DNA of 64,000 bases, from contig NC_043026.1 in the NCBI RefSeq assembly GCF_006345805.1, positions 12,255,579 through 12,319,578 of the forward strand. The letters run 5' to 3'. The notes under the pieces were generated by a model. That model was not told where the DNA came from. It searched no databases and saw nothing but the letters and a program-made list of their open reading frames with translations. This stretch comes from Octopus sinensis. Lineage: Eukaryota. Positions 25,340-37,743 of this stretch are shown here, one piece after another; the stretch's first letter is position 1, and each line of letters begins with the position of its first letter. The position numbers and the translations under genes were made by a program.

Positions 25340-26530
25340 GTGAACGGTAGCTTAAATAGATCTGAGCAAACGGGTAATAGTAGTAATTTTAATAATATAC
25401 ATATAAAAACTTATGGTAGATATGATAATGGTAAAGTTTACTTGCGTAATAATCATGGGAATATTGATATGGATAGATATAACAATGACAATGGTAAGGA
25501 TAGTAAACATATGGGTTGGTCTAGGAATAGGATTTTTACAAAAAACAATAATTCGATAGGCAATCCTAATTCTGATAAGGATACACTCTGGCTGATTATC
25601 CCATATGCAATGCAGATTAAAACAGACATAGTTAGAGCTTTGCATAATGTAATATTTAGGCATTTTGGTAAGGATAGGAATAAATTTAGTCATTTAATTA
25701 ACAATGGTACTGTTAGAGTAGGATATAGCATTACTCATAATCTAGCCACCATTATCTCCTCTTTTAATAACAGGAAACTGGATTACTTCTATAAAGATAG
25801 AAAGTTGAATTTAGATAATGGGAATTTGCCCCTCTTTAATAATAATAGGAACAGAAACTTTTTTGGAACTAACGGGAACAACCCTCTTACAAATTATGAG
25901 CGTACCGTACCTGCTAGGGAAAATATAAATGTAATAGATGATACTACTACTACTAATACTAGTACTAGTGATAGGGATATCGCCAATAATGTTAAATTAA
26001 CTCATTCGTTGATTTTGGGTTTGGATGATGATAATAATTGTAACACTTCTAATGTGAATGGTGGTACAGGATTGGGGACCAATCTTAGATTACCTCAATC
26101 TGTTAATAATTGTAATTTCAGAAACAGAAATAAATGTGTGTTTGGTAATCAATGCCTCAGGAAGGAGGTAGTTTACCAATGCACTGTGGATACACAATTG
26201 AGTAGTAGAGTGTATATCGGAGCAACTATGAATAGCATGAAACAGAGACTGAATTATCACAGATATACTTTTAGAAATAAAAATAGAATGTACTGTACAG
26301 GGTTAAGTGCATACATTTGGGAACTCAAAAGTAAGAACTTAGATTTTAGATTAAATTGGAAAATACTAACTTCAGCACCTGTGTATAATGGAAAAAATAA
26401 AAAATGCTCTCTATGTATTAATGAAATTTTTTTCATTATTAAAGCGGGTAGGCATATTATTAACAACATAAATGAAAAAAACTTTTTTTGCATTCATAAA
26501 CTACCGTTCACCTTTTCTAGATTCAAATAG
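25340..26530 (+). mobile_element. Penelope-like element ORF: RT-thumb/linker remnant plus GIY-YIG endonuclease, no RT core
   Basis: WLIIPY...HFG...INNGTVRVGYSITHNL, Cys linker CNFRNRNKC...C, VVYQ...VYIG...KQRLNYH...TGLSAYIWELK...WKIL...CSLCINE...CIH. An in-frame stop lies at 25316-18 upstream; the first ATG is at 25469. Confidence 0.85.
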
Positions 26531-28617
26531 AACTTAGCTTTTCTACTAATAATTTTTTAACTCCCTTCTGTAAACACACCACTATACTAGTGGTCTTCTA
26601 TAATTCTAAAGCATGCAACTTATAAATTTATAATTTTATATAATTTTGTAGCTACACATGTATAATAATAGATGTGTCCAGTATTAATTGTTTTTTTGTT
26701 TTTTGTATGTGGGGTTTTGTCTTGTTTTTAAGGGAAATACACTATGACAAGTAATAACACATTCATTTTGGTATTTGCCTTGTAATATGTGATTCTTGAA
26801 GTTTTCTAATATTGCATAGTGTATATGAATATCATGGTTAGTTACCTAGCTCTAGATATTGTAATACTATTGTGTAATATATGAGAGCCTTTTTGGGAGT
26901 TTGTTTTGTTTAGGTTGAGAATCTAGGTTTTTTGTATGTGTTTATTTGGCAGGTTTATATTGTATATTTGGTCTTTCTTTGTACTCACCTTAATTTGTAT
27001 CTTATGCTATTTACTAATAAACCTTTCCATTTACAAGCATTAGGCTTTATAAATATTACCAGCCTTATATATTTAGTCTATATTTATAGTCTTCTGGATC
27101 TGTACATTAAATTATCCATCTATCCATTTTTTACTCACTATCTGCAGGTATAAACTTTCATAATATTAGCCTGTATACTAAGTTTATATTGGTACTTTCT
27201 TCAATATATATCTTCACTTTATTTTATGTTATTGATTTACATTTATACTCTTTTATGTATATGTGGATATATGCATATTAGCATTACTATATATTAGGTA
27301 TACCTGTACCTATGCATTTATCTGAATTGGTTCTCTATGGTATCTATCTTTGCATTTAGTCATCTAATTATTTATTTATTTACTTATTTAAGTGTAGATT
27401 TATACATACATATCAATAATTTATTTCTTAATAATATATGAATACATATATACTAGTTTGTACTTATATTATGTGTGTAATCGTAATTATTTCTTCTTAT
27501 TTATTTTATCACATTTTAACTTAAGTATTTACAATCTTTTAATTTCTGTGATTTTCTTATATACAATTTCATTAGTGAGTCCCCCAGTTGTTATTATTTA
27601 ATGCCTAATCTTGTTTATAATGGCATAGAATTTATTAAGTAAAAAAGAGATATATATTTATAATATAAAAATTAATCTATACTTTATAACTTAGCGTACA
27701 TGAATCATAACTAATTACGGTAAATCTAGTAACCGTTATGTTGACTATGAAAAAAACAGGTGTTAAATACAGAGGGTACCTAGTGAAATAGCATCCGACA
27801 TCGTGATATATTGATATATAAATATATATATCTTTGAAATAAATATTTTATGAAAATATATGAGTGGATCTTTTTTGTTATTTGAGGCATAGTTATAATT
27901 TTGAAAGACTAGATGACAGCATAGTTGCTCCCCTATTTATTTATCTATGTGCTAGAGGTTGCTTGTGGATGTGTATGTGTATAAGTGTATGTGTGTGTGT
28001 ATACATATAATTATGTATGTATGTGCAATTGATCTATCAATGTGCGTGTGCGTATTTGCGTTTCTTGATTAACTAACCGTAAAATTTCTTTTGTGATTCA
28101 AACTTCAAACTACAAGCCAATCGAATTAATCTAGAATAATCAATATCAAGCGGACAGAATAACTAAACTCATAGTTATTTCGATTTTGAAAGGATGGACT
28201 TGGTGCAAACATAACTGTATCTATTATTATTATTATTATTAATATTAATAGTAATTTTTATTGACTTTTATAGGTTTATAATTTTATGAACTGAACTATG
28301 GTTTTTTATTATTATTTTTCAGGTATAGGTATGATTTTAATTTAAATAGTAGTGCGCATACATCTCCCTATGTGTTAGTTTTTAGAACTATTAGCCAAAT
28401 ATGTAAAATAACTGTGCTTATTAATATTAATATATACACTGATATATATTTTGTTTTATTTTGTTTTGTTTACCTTGCATTATTGTATCAATGAGTATTA
28501 TATATGTGTAGCATTATGGAGTTTATGCACAAGTTTTTTTTATATTTTACATTTTTATATTTTTATATTTATATGTATATGGAAAAATAATTTTTTCACA
28601 ATTATAACAAATTAAAT

Positions 28618-28727
28618 TCTCTGAAGAGGCCGTGGAGCATCCTTGTTAATGCTTCATTTATACCTGCCTTTATGGTTTATAGGTTAAATGAGGTATGACT
28701 GCCCTTACTGCCGAAACAGCTGTCAGA
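28618..28727 (+). ncRNA. Type I hammerhead ribozyme downstream of the Penelope-like ORF
   Basis: TCT CTGAAGA GGC...(79 nt)...GCC GAAAC AGCT GTC AGA; palindrome ACAGCTGT, GUC cut after 28724; stem I is only 3 bp. Confidence 0.75.
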
Positions 28728-28934
28728 TATGATATAATTACATATTATATTTTATATTTTATATTTCTATTTCCTTGTCTATTTATATTTACTATATATT
28801 TTGTATAATGCCTTTACTGATATGTAATGGTGTAATAAAGTATTGATTGGGTATCATCTGATAGTTGATGTTTTATTGATTTAAGTATGTTTCTCCATTT
28901 TCTAATTTTGTAGTATATATATATATATATATAT

Positions 28935-29298
28935 ATAAGCACTACCCGACCGTGTCTGTTGCCAGCGCCGCCCCGACTGGCCTCCGTGCCGGTGGCATGT
29001 AAAAAGCACCATCCGATCGTGGCCGTTGCCAGCCTTGCCTGGCCCCCGTGCCGGTGGCACGTAAAAAGCACCATCCGTCCGTGGCCGTTTGCCAGCCCCG
29101 TCTGGCACCTGTGCGGGTGGCACGTAAAAAGCACCCACTACACTCACGGAGTGGTTGGTGTTAGGAAGGGCATCCAGCCGTAGAAACACTGCCAGATCAG
29201 ACTGGAGCCTGGTGCAGCCTTCAGGCTTCCCAGATCCTCGGTCAAACCGTCCAACTCATGCTAGCATGGAGAACGGACGTTAAATGATGATGATGATA
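28935..29298 (+). mobile_element. Family E element, sense orientation
   Basis: 5' units, AGGAAGGGCATCCAGCCG body and a tail ending AAATGATGATGATGAT. Confidence 0.75.
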
Positions 29299-29354
29299 TA
29301 TATGTATATATACATGGATTACTGAGATGAACTTACCAAGGATATTTCTTTCTT

Positions 29355-29930
29355 TCTTTCTTTTACTTGTTTCAGTCATTTGACTGCAGCCATGCTGGGG
29401 CACCGCCTTTAGTTGAGCAAATCGACCCCCGGGACTTATTCTTTGTAAGCCCAGTACTTATTCTATCGGTCTCTTTTGCCAAACCGCTAAGTGACAGGGA
29501 CGTAAACACACCAGCATCAGTTGTCAAGCAATGCTAGGGGGATAAACACAGACAAACATATACACACACATACACATATATATATATACATATATACGAC
29601 AGGCTTCTTTCAGTTTCCGTCTACCAAATCCACTCACAAGGCATTGGTCGGCCTGGGGCTATAGCAGAAGACACTTGCCCAAGGTGCCATGCAGTGGGAC
29701 TGAACCCGGAACCATGTGGTTGGTTAGCAAGCTACTTACCACACAGCCACTCCTTTACATACATACGATGGGATTCTTTCACTTTCCATCTACCAAATCC
29801 ACTCACAAGGCATTGGTCGGCCTGGGGCTATAGCAGAAGACACTTTGCCCAAGATGCCATGCAGTGGGACTGAACCCGGAACCATGTGGCTGGTTAGCAA
29901 GCTACTTACCACACAGCCACTCCTGCACCT
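29355..29930 (-). mobile_element. SINE family A with a duplicated head
   Basis: One tail and two heads. Confidence 0.8.
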
Positions 29931-30076
29931 ATAGATACAAACTTTAAATTTTATTACCAAATCAACGTGCATAAATCTAAACCAGTAAATTTTAATCTAT
30001 TTATCAAAAATACTTTCTTATATATTTTTCTAATTTTAAAACAACATTCAGTATATTATAAAAACCTTATCTTCTC

Positions 30077-30168
30077 CATCTCTGATGAGCGGAAGTATTA
30101 TGTATCAAAGTGTATCAACAATGAATTCCATTATAATGACAAAACTTTCATGAAATGATCGTAAGATG
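30077..30168 (+). ncRNA. Decayed type I hammerhead ribozyme
   Basis: CATCT CTGATGA GCGGAAG...CTTTCAT GAAAT GATC GTA AGATG; 5-bp stem I is intact; stems II and III carry C>T/G>A changes. Confidence 0.6.
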
Positions 30169-30218
30169 CATTAAGTAACAAATTTTTAAACTGACATGTT
30201 TCATATATTTTAAAAATA

Positions 30219-30873
30219 AGGAGTGGCTGTGTGGTAAGTAGCTTGCTAACCAACCACATGGTTCCGGGTTCAGTCCCACTGTGTGGCATCTTGGGCAAGT
30301 GTCTTCTGCTATAGCCCCGGGTCGACCAATGCCTTGTGAGTGGATTTGGTAGACGGAAACTGATAGAAGCCTGTCGTATATATGTATATAGGAGTGGCTG
30401 TGTGGTAAGTAGCTTGCTAACCAACCACATGGTTCCGGGTTCAGTCCCATCTTGGGCAAGTGTCTTCTGCTATAGCCCTGGGTCGACCAATGCCTTGTGA
30501 GTGGATTTGGTAGACGGAAACTGATAGAAGCTTGTCGTATATATGTATATAGGAGTGGCTGTGTGGTAAGTAGCTTGCTAACCAACCACATGGTTCCGGG
30601 TTCAGTCCCATCTTGGGCAAGTGTCTTCGACTATAGCCCCGGGCCGACCAATGCCTTGTGAGTGGATTTGGTAGACGGAAACTGATAGAAGCTTGTCGTA
30701 TATATGTATATAGGAGTGGCTGTGTGGTAAGTAGCTTGCTAACCAACCACATGGTTCCGGTTCAGTCCCACTGCGTGGCATCTTGGGCAAGTGTCTTCTG
30801 CTATAGCCCCGGGTCGACCAATGCCTTGTGAGTGGATTGGTAGACGGAAACTGATAGAAGCCTGTCGTATATG

Positions 30874-30906
<33 letters not shown>

Positions 30907-31112
30907 TTGTGTGTCTGTGTTTATACCCCCTAGCATTGCTTGACAACTGATGCTGGTGTGTGTACGTCCCCGTAACTTAGCGGTTCGGCAAAAGAGACTG
31001 ATAGAATAAGTACTGGGCTTACAAAGAATAAGTCCCCCGGGGTCGATTTGCTCGACTAAAGGCGGTGCTCCAGCATGGCCGCAGTCAAATGACTGAAACA
31101 AGTAAAAAGAGT
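30219..31112 (+). mobile_element. SINE family A with four tandem heads and one tail
   Basis: AGGAGTGGCTGTGTGG at about 30219, 30390, 30551 and 30712. Confidence 0.85.
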
Positions 31113-31444
31113 ATATATATGTGTGTGTGTATGTATATACATGTACGCACACCAACACCGGTTGTCAAGTGGTGGCGGGGAACACATACAGAGACAAAGA
31201 CACGCACACACATAGGGGCTTCTTTCAGTTTCCGCCTATCAAACCCATTCACAAGGCTTTGGTCGGCCTGAGGCTTTTGTAGAAGACACTTGTCAACAAT
31301 AATTCATATTAAGTTTTGAATTAAGTTACAACTTGACGGTGTAATAGCAGTAATCAATAATCTAACGAAGTTCAATATTCAATGCATTTCCAACCTTATT
31401 TTTTCCTGGTGATTAAGTTTTATTGCCAATCCTTCGGTATAGGT

Positions 31445-31462
31445 ACCGGAAGTACCGGAAGC
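31445..31462 (+). promoter_or_regulatory. Tandem ETS-type motifs
   Basis: ACCGGAAGT-ACCGGAAGC, about 700 bp upstream of a CpG-containing segment ending in a GTAAGT donor (about 32180). Confidence 0.4.
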
Positions 31463-31539
31463 GGCTTTGTTTTACATTTCTGAAGATCACAGAAACCCTT
31501 TTCTCCCACCCCTAACCCTAACCCCCCCCATATATATAT

Positions 31540-31937
31540 ACTCTCTTTTACTCTTTTACTTGTTTCAGTCATTTGACTGCGGCCATGCTGGAGCACTGCC
31601 TTTAGTCGAGCAAATTCGACCCCAGGACTTATTTTTTGTAAGCCCAGTACTTATTCTATCGGTCTCTTCTGCCGAACCGCTAAGTGACGGGGACGTAAAC
31701 ACACCAGCATCGGTTGTCAAGCAATGCTAGGGGGACAAACACACACACACAAACACTCACACATACACATATATACATATATATACATATATACGACAGG
31801 CTTCTTTCAGTTTCCGTCTACCAAATCCACTCACAAGGCATTGGTCGGCCCGGGGCTATAGCAGAAGACACTTGCCTAAGATGCCACGCAGTGGGACTGA
31901 ACCCGGAACCATGTGGTTGGTAAACAAGCTAGTTACC
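31540..31937 (-). mobile_element. SINE family A
   Basis: Family A sequence. Confidence 0.8.
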
Positions 31938-32439
31938 ACTATATATATATATATATAAAAAACACTTTCTTGAAATGTATCCGGTACCAATACCGAAGTT
32001 ACGCCGTTTTATTTGAAGTTTTCTTAATTGGGTTGGATGTAGTTAAGGGGAGCAAATCGATGTAACTGATGGTGTTTCTGAACGTTAAATTATATCAGAG
32101 ACTTTGGGCTTATGACACCGGTCCCACCCCCACCCCCCGACATAGGCGCGGGAAAATAGTCAACGACACCGCCTACTTGGTAAGTTTGTAATTAAAGTAA
32201 AAAAGTTAAATCGTGTTGTAATTATCACATGCTGAGGTGATCGTTAATGCTTGTGGATTACATAGGAACTGGTTTACATGTTTCAGGGCCGGTGTTCCAT
32301 CACTTTCTGTTTTACAGTGTGAATTGGTTGTTCCTTGTCTTTCAAGGGAAATGGATTTTTTTCACCAGCAAATAAGGGCATAGCTGTCCTGATCCTCCTT
32401 AACACTGGAGTTGGCTTTCATATCGTCAAAAGACAAAAC

Positions 32440-33000
32440 AAAAAGGAATCATTTGGATAACTATCAGAGCACCTTTTCAAACTCCACCCGTCTAACACCC
32501 GTGGACATGTTTACAAAATCAGAAAACAGCACAGCTCCCATGACTTTAGGAACTCCCCTCCATACACACGCAAGCTTGTATCTGACTCATACATTGTTCG
32601 CTTTCCAGACATTTGTACATTAAGAAAAAGGAATTATTTGGATAACTATCAGAACCTTTTCAAACTCCACCTGTCTAACACCCGTGGACATATTTACAAA
32701 GTCACAAAACAGCACAGCTCCCATGACTTCAGGAAACATTTTTTCACGCTGAGAGTTGCTGAAGCATGGAACAAACTGCCGGCATCAGTTGTTAGTTGTC
32801 GGAGCACTGCATCCTTCAAAACTTCCATGCTTCCTGAGATTCGCCAACACTACACCTGATCTTTCTCCCCTCCATACACACACAAGCATGTATCTGACTC
32901 TACACTGTTCGCTTCCCAGACATTTGTACGTTACTGAATATGCTTTATATGCACTTTTGACAAGTTGTGCAACTGAGCACTGTATACAATAATTTCATTA
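32440..33000 (+). mobile_element. CR1-group LINE 3' ends (second family), two partial units
   Basis: NTRGH...FFTLRVAEAWNKLP, as at 10.1-11.4 kb. Confidence 0.75.
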
Positions 33001-34213
33001 TATATAACCTATATTGTCCCAGTCTTCTATAATTCATTGCATACTGAAAACGCGGACTCCGTAACGGACTAAGGGAGAAATTGGAAAAAGTTGTAAATGG
33101 CAACGAAAGAACTTTGCCCCAAAGCAAAACAAACGGTTGACTATTTAATCAACAAGTTAAACAAACGATGGATTATCAGTTGGATAGAATTTAAACCAAT
33201 TTACTTATAATAAAGGAGTGAAATTGAACTTTTTCGTGTGTTATTAATATAGGTGTAATGATTCTCCCAAGACAACAAAATTTGTTTCAACACACGAATT
33301 CACATAAAGAATCTTGCATATCAAATAAAGAAACGAATTAGATTGTATACCTGATATGTTTAGCACCTATAAATGTACACACAAGTAGATCTCGACCCTG
33401 TCCCCTACATGGAACTTATTTTCTCTAACATTATTCTTTCACTGTTATTTCTGGTTTTAGATTATCTTCGCTGATATTTCCATGACAGCTTGTATCAGAA
33501 ATATTCCAATTTCAACAGAATTCCTGCAACCAGCCATTCTTGAACTTTGTATTTTTTTAACCTGCATATCATTCGTCAAACATACATCCACAAGTTGAAA
33601 CTGAAATAATTTTGTATGCAAAATTATTTTTGCTACTTGAAAGAGGACCCATTTAGAAGTTAACGTTCAAGTAGTAAGTAGAATATATATATATAATAAC
33701 AAAGGATAAAATTAATTAATTAAGAAGTAATCAGTAATTTCACCAAGTAGAATTCGGCATGAAAAAGACCATTTCATGGTAATTATAAAGTATATATATA
33801 TATATATGTATAATTAATGTAGGATAAAATTTTTTTCGGGAAAAAAATTTCATCAATGTCCAGCATATCAAAAAATACCTTTAAAGGTTAAATTTATAAA
33901 TAATTTACAAGATAAGGGCAAAAGAAAAATTCTGATGCCAAATATGCCGAAAAAAAGACAAAAATTGTCAATAAACCATTATAATTTATGCGTCTCGAAA
34001 CAAACCGATAGAAATTTCTAAAGAATTTGTTATTACCGTATTGGACCAATATCGGAGTTAAGGTAATGTATATATATATATATTATATATATATATATGA
34101 TATGTTTTCTACACCTGTGAACAAGGGCCCGTGCTGTTCAACCCAGAAACAGAGCCGCGATAGATTATATTCGCAGACATCTCTCAGCTTTTAAGAATTC
34201 TTGGAGAATTAAT

Positions 34214-35122
34214 ATGGAAGACGTTAACCACCTGGAGTCTTCAAATGCAACTGCTTTTAGTAATATAGATATAGTTACGCAGACGGATAGAGATGGGAGA
34301 CCTTTATGTAGTGGAATGTTTACTAACCAACGGTCGTTGTATGAGAATATTCCTGATTATCGCTGTGAGATTTGTAAGAAAACGTTCTCTTCAGAACGTG
34401 ACGTCTTTACACACAAAGAAATACACCTTAAGGGAAAACCCCTTAATTGTGAAATCTGTGGGAAATATTTTGCCAAAAACCGTGATTTAACAACACACAT
34501 AGGAATTCACACTGGGGAAAAACCTTATCACTGTGAAATCTGTGGGAAATATTTTGCCAAAAACCGCGATTTAACAACACACATACGAATTCACACTGGG
34601 GAAAAACCTTATCACTGTGAAATCTGTGGAAAATCTTTCTCTCATAATTCTAGCCTTGTCATTCACATACGAATCCACACGGGAGAAAAGCCTTATCCTT
34701 GTGAAATCTGTGGTAAATCGTTCGCTGATAATTCCAGCCTCGTCGCTCACCAAAGAGTACATTCTGGAGAAAAACTGTTCAATTGCGAGATCTGTGGTAA
34801 ATCGTTTGTCTTTAAAAGTGATTTAAACAGACACAAACGGAAACACACGGGAGAGAAACCCTATCGCTGTGAAATCTGTGGTAAATCCTTCTCTGATCAT
34901 TCCAGCCTCTTAGTTCACCGACGAATCCACACGGGTGAAAAGCCGTATCGTTGCCAGATATGTGGGGTGTCTTTCTCAGTTAATTCCAGCCTTGTACGTC
35001 ACCGGAAAATTCACACTGGGGAAAAACAGTTCCACTGTGAAGTCTGTGGAAAGTCCTTTATATCTAACAGTGATTTAAACCGACACAAACGAATTCATAC
35101 TGGAGTGAAAAAACTATCGTGA
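34214..35122 (+). CDS. C2H2 zinc-finger protein, 302 aa, 9 fingers
   Basis: Nine CxxC...HxxxH fingers, mostly with TGEKP-type linkers; acceptor-like TTCGCAG about 40 bp upstream of the ATG. Confidence 0.9.
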   Translation: MEDVNHLESSNATAFSNIDIVTQTDRDGRPLCSGMFTNQRSLYENIPDYRCEICKKTFSSERDVFTHKEIHLKGKPLNCEICGKYFAKNRDLTTHIGIHTGEKPYHCEICGKYFAKNRDLTTHIRIHTGEKPYHCEICGKSFSHNSSLVIHIRIHTGEKPYPCEICGKSFADNSSLVAHQRVHSGEKLFNCEICGKSFVFKSDLNRHKRKHTGEKPYRCEICGKSFSDHSSLLVHRRIHTGEKPYRCQICGVSFSVNSSLVRHRKIHTGEKQFHCEVCGKSFISNSDLNRHKRIHTGVKKLS

Positions 35123-35180
35123 AATCAGTGCAGAATCTTTTGTCTCCAATGCATGATTTAAGAAGACACACAAGGATATA

Positions 35181-35713
35181 GGCGGCGAGCTGGCTGAATC
35201 GTTAGCACGCCGGGCGAAATGCTTAGCGGTATTTCGTCTACCGTTATGTTCTGAGTTCAAATTCTGCCGAGGTCGACTTTGCCGTTCATCCTTTCGGGGT
35301 CGATAAATTAAGTACCAGTTACACACTGGGGTCGATGTAATCAACTTAATACCTTTGTCTGTCCTTGTTTGTCCCCTCTATGTTTAGCCCCTTGTGGGTA
35401 GTAAAGAAATACGTTCTGAGTTCAAATTCCGCCGAGGTCGACTTTGCAGTTCATCCTTTCTGGGTTGATAAATTAAGTACCAGCACTGGGGTCGATGTAA
35501 TCGACTTAATACCTTTGTCTGTCCTTGTTTGTCCCCTTGTGGGTAGGCAAGAAATACGTTCTGAGTTCAAATTCCGCCAAGGTCGACTTTGCAGTTCATC
35601 CTTTTGGGGTCGATTAAATAAGTACCAGTTACGCACTGGGATCGATTTTATTGACTTAATACCTTTGTTTGTCCCCTATATGTTTAGCCCCCTGTGGGCA
35701 ATAAAGAAATAAG
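35181..35713 (+). mobile_element. tRNA-derived SINE family C, three head-to-tail units
   Basis: GGCGAGCTGGC A-box-like, GAGTTCAAATTC B-box-like, central GGTCGACTTTGCC.TTCATCCTTTCGGGGTCGATAAA. Confidence 0.85.
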
Positions 35714-35813
35714 ATTGGAAAGAAACTCAATTTCATTGTAAACGATGTGGAAAATTATTCATACAGACACCCTTGTGTTATCTGCAGCTGTACAATAAGA
35801 ACAAGATTCAAGT

Positions 35814-36087
35814 TTAATATTTCTGAAAATATTTATTTGTCATAATGAAAGAAAGCAAAATGTTGATATCCAAGAATAACTCCATGAAGGAATTTTCTGA
35901 GAACTTGGAAGATTGAGATGAAGCTTGTTTCTCTGACATTTCTCTCCTCGAACCATCGTCTCTCTCATATTTACACCTTTGATAGTCGACTCCTTCTTCA
36001 TCCCTTTCTGTTGTTGAGTCCCTTAAAGCCCTTTTCTGAGGGATAAGTTTTCTTAAAGCATTTCGCGTTTCATCTTCCATTGTGAAT
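35814..36087 (-). CDS. Candidate exon of an unknown antisense gene
   Basis: Pyrimidine tract plus TAG acceptor at 36089-88, followed by an 88-aa charged ORF (MEDETRNALRKL...); no recognisable domain. Confidence 0.25.
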
Positions 36088-36796
36088 CTATAATGAAATA
36101 AAAGGAAAACATTTAGCTTTGTGTAAAGTATAGAAGCCATCTTATCATGGCTAACCACATTGGGGAGGGGGTTGTTACGGTTGCTTTATAGCCCCAAGAG
36201 ATCTTCGTCTCTAGCTGGCTCTAAACACAATATCTGTGTCTTTGGAGTATTTGCAAAGGGGAGGCCATCCCTTCCTCGCAAGCCTGAGTGATACGCTCGA
36301 ACTAGTTTCGGGATGTTTGTCCCTCGTCAACGGGCGGCAACCACCAGGTAGCGATGAAAGTGAAGGCTCCTTTGCAAATAGATATAAGTTTTTCTAATGG
36401 CATCTGTCACTGATGTCGAAAAACGAACAGTAAGCATAATTAAATCTCAGAATGAGATTGAAACAGTAATCGCTTGATAATGTAAAGTATAGAAGCCATG
36501 GCTAACCATTTAGCTTTGTGAAGATATCAAAGTTTCAGGGAGATGATGTTTACTTCATTATTTGAAACACACAAACTAAAAACATTTATGTATTTCTATC
36601 AGTGCAATTAAAGTTGCCTAATTAATATTTAAACAGCATTTTTTTGGAATAAAAATTATTAGAAATAAACAACGTTTTACGATCTATTTTGAGATGTATT
36701 AATAAGTTTCATTAATTACATGGAGTCTAAATATTAGTAATAATTATGTTCATTGGAAATGATATTTGCTTTCAACATCACGAAGAATATGTACAT

Positions 36797-37743
36797 AGGC
36801 GCAGGAGTGGCTGTGTGGTAAGTAGCTTCTACTACCTTGGGCAAGTGTCTTCTACTATAGCCTCGGGCCGACAAATGCCTTGTGAGTGGATTTGGTAGAC
36901 GGAAACTGAAAGAAGCCCGTCATATATATGTATGTATGTGTGTGTTTGTGTGTCTGTCCCCCTAGCATTGCTTGACAACCGATGCTGGTGTGTTTAAGTC
37001 CCCGTTACTTAGCGGTTCGGCAAAAGAGACCGATAGAATAAGTACTGGGCTTACAAAAGAATAAGTGTGGTAAGTAGCTTGCTTACCAACCACATGGTTC
37101 CGGGTTCAGTCCCACTGCAAGGCATCTTGGGCAAGTGTCTTCTACTATAGCCTCGGGCCGACCAAAGCCTTGTGAGTGGATTTGGTAGATGGAAACTGAA
37201 AGAAGCCCGTCATATATATGTATGTATGTATGTGTGTGTGTTTGTGTCTGTGTTTGTCCCCCTAGCATTGCTTGACAACCGATGCTGGTGTGTTTATGTC
37301 CCCGTTACTTAGCGGTTCGGCAAAAGACCGATAGAATAAGTACTGGGCTTACAAAAGAATAAGTGTGGTAAGTAGCTTGCTTACCAACCACATGGTTCCG
37401 GGTTCAGTCCCACTGCAAGGCATCTTGGGCAAGTGTCTTCTACTATAGCCTCGGGCCGACCAAAGCCTTGTGAGTGGATTTGGTAGATGGAAACTGAAAG
37501 AAGCCCGTCATATATATGTATGTATGTATGTGTGTGTGTTTGTGTCTGTGTTTGTCCCCCTAGCATTGCTTGACAACCGATGCTGGTGTGTTTATGTCCC
37601 CGTTACTTAGCGGTTCGGCAAAAGAGACCGATAGAATAAGTACTGGGCTTACAAAAAAATAAGTCCTGGGGGTCGAGTTGCTCGATTAAAAAGGCGGTGC
37701 TCCAGCATGGCCGCAGTCAAATGACTGAAACAAGTAAAAGAGT
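36797..37743 (+). mobile_element. SINE family A, three tandem units
   Basis: Repeat units of about 298 bp, with a complete tail only in the last. Confidence 0.85.

Noticed and set aside
31509-31524. Telomere-like CCCTAA repeats (also TTAGGG at about 57222)
   Set aside because: Only about two units, embedded in interspersed repeats; not evidence of an interstitial telomere.
33455-33620. Further minus-strand exon (FQLVDVCLTNDMQ...) for the candidate antisense gene
   Set aside because: An acceptor-like site exists, but there is no homology or consistent phase support, so it is too speculative.
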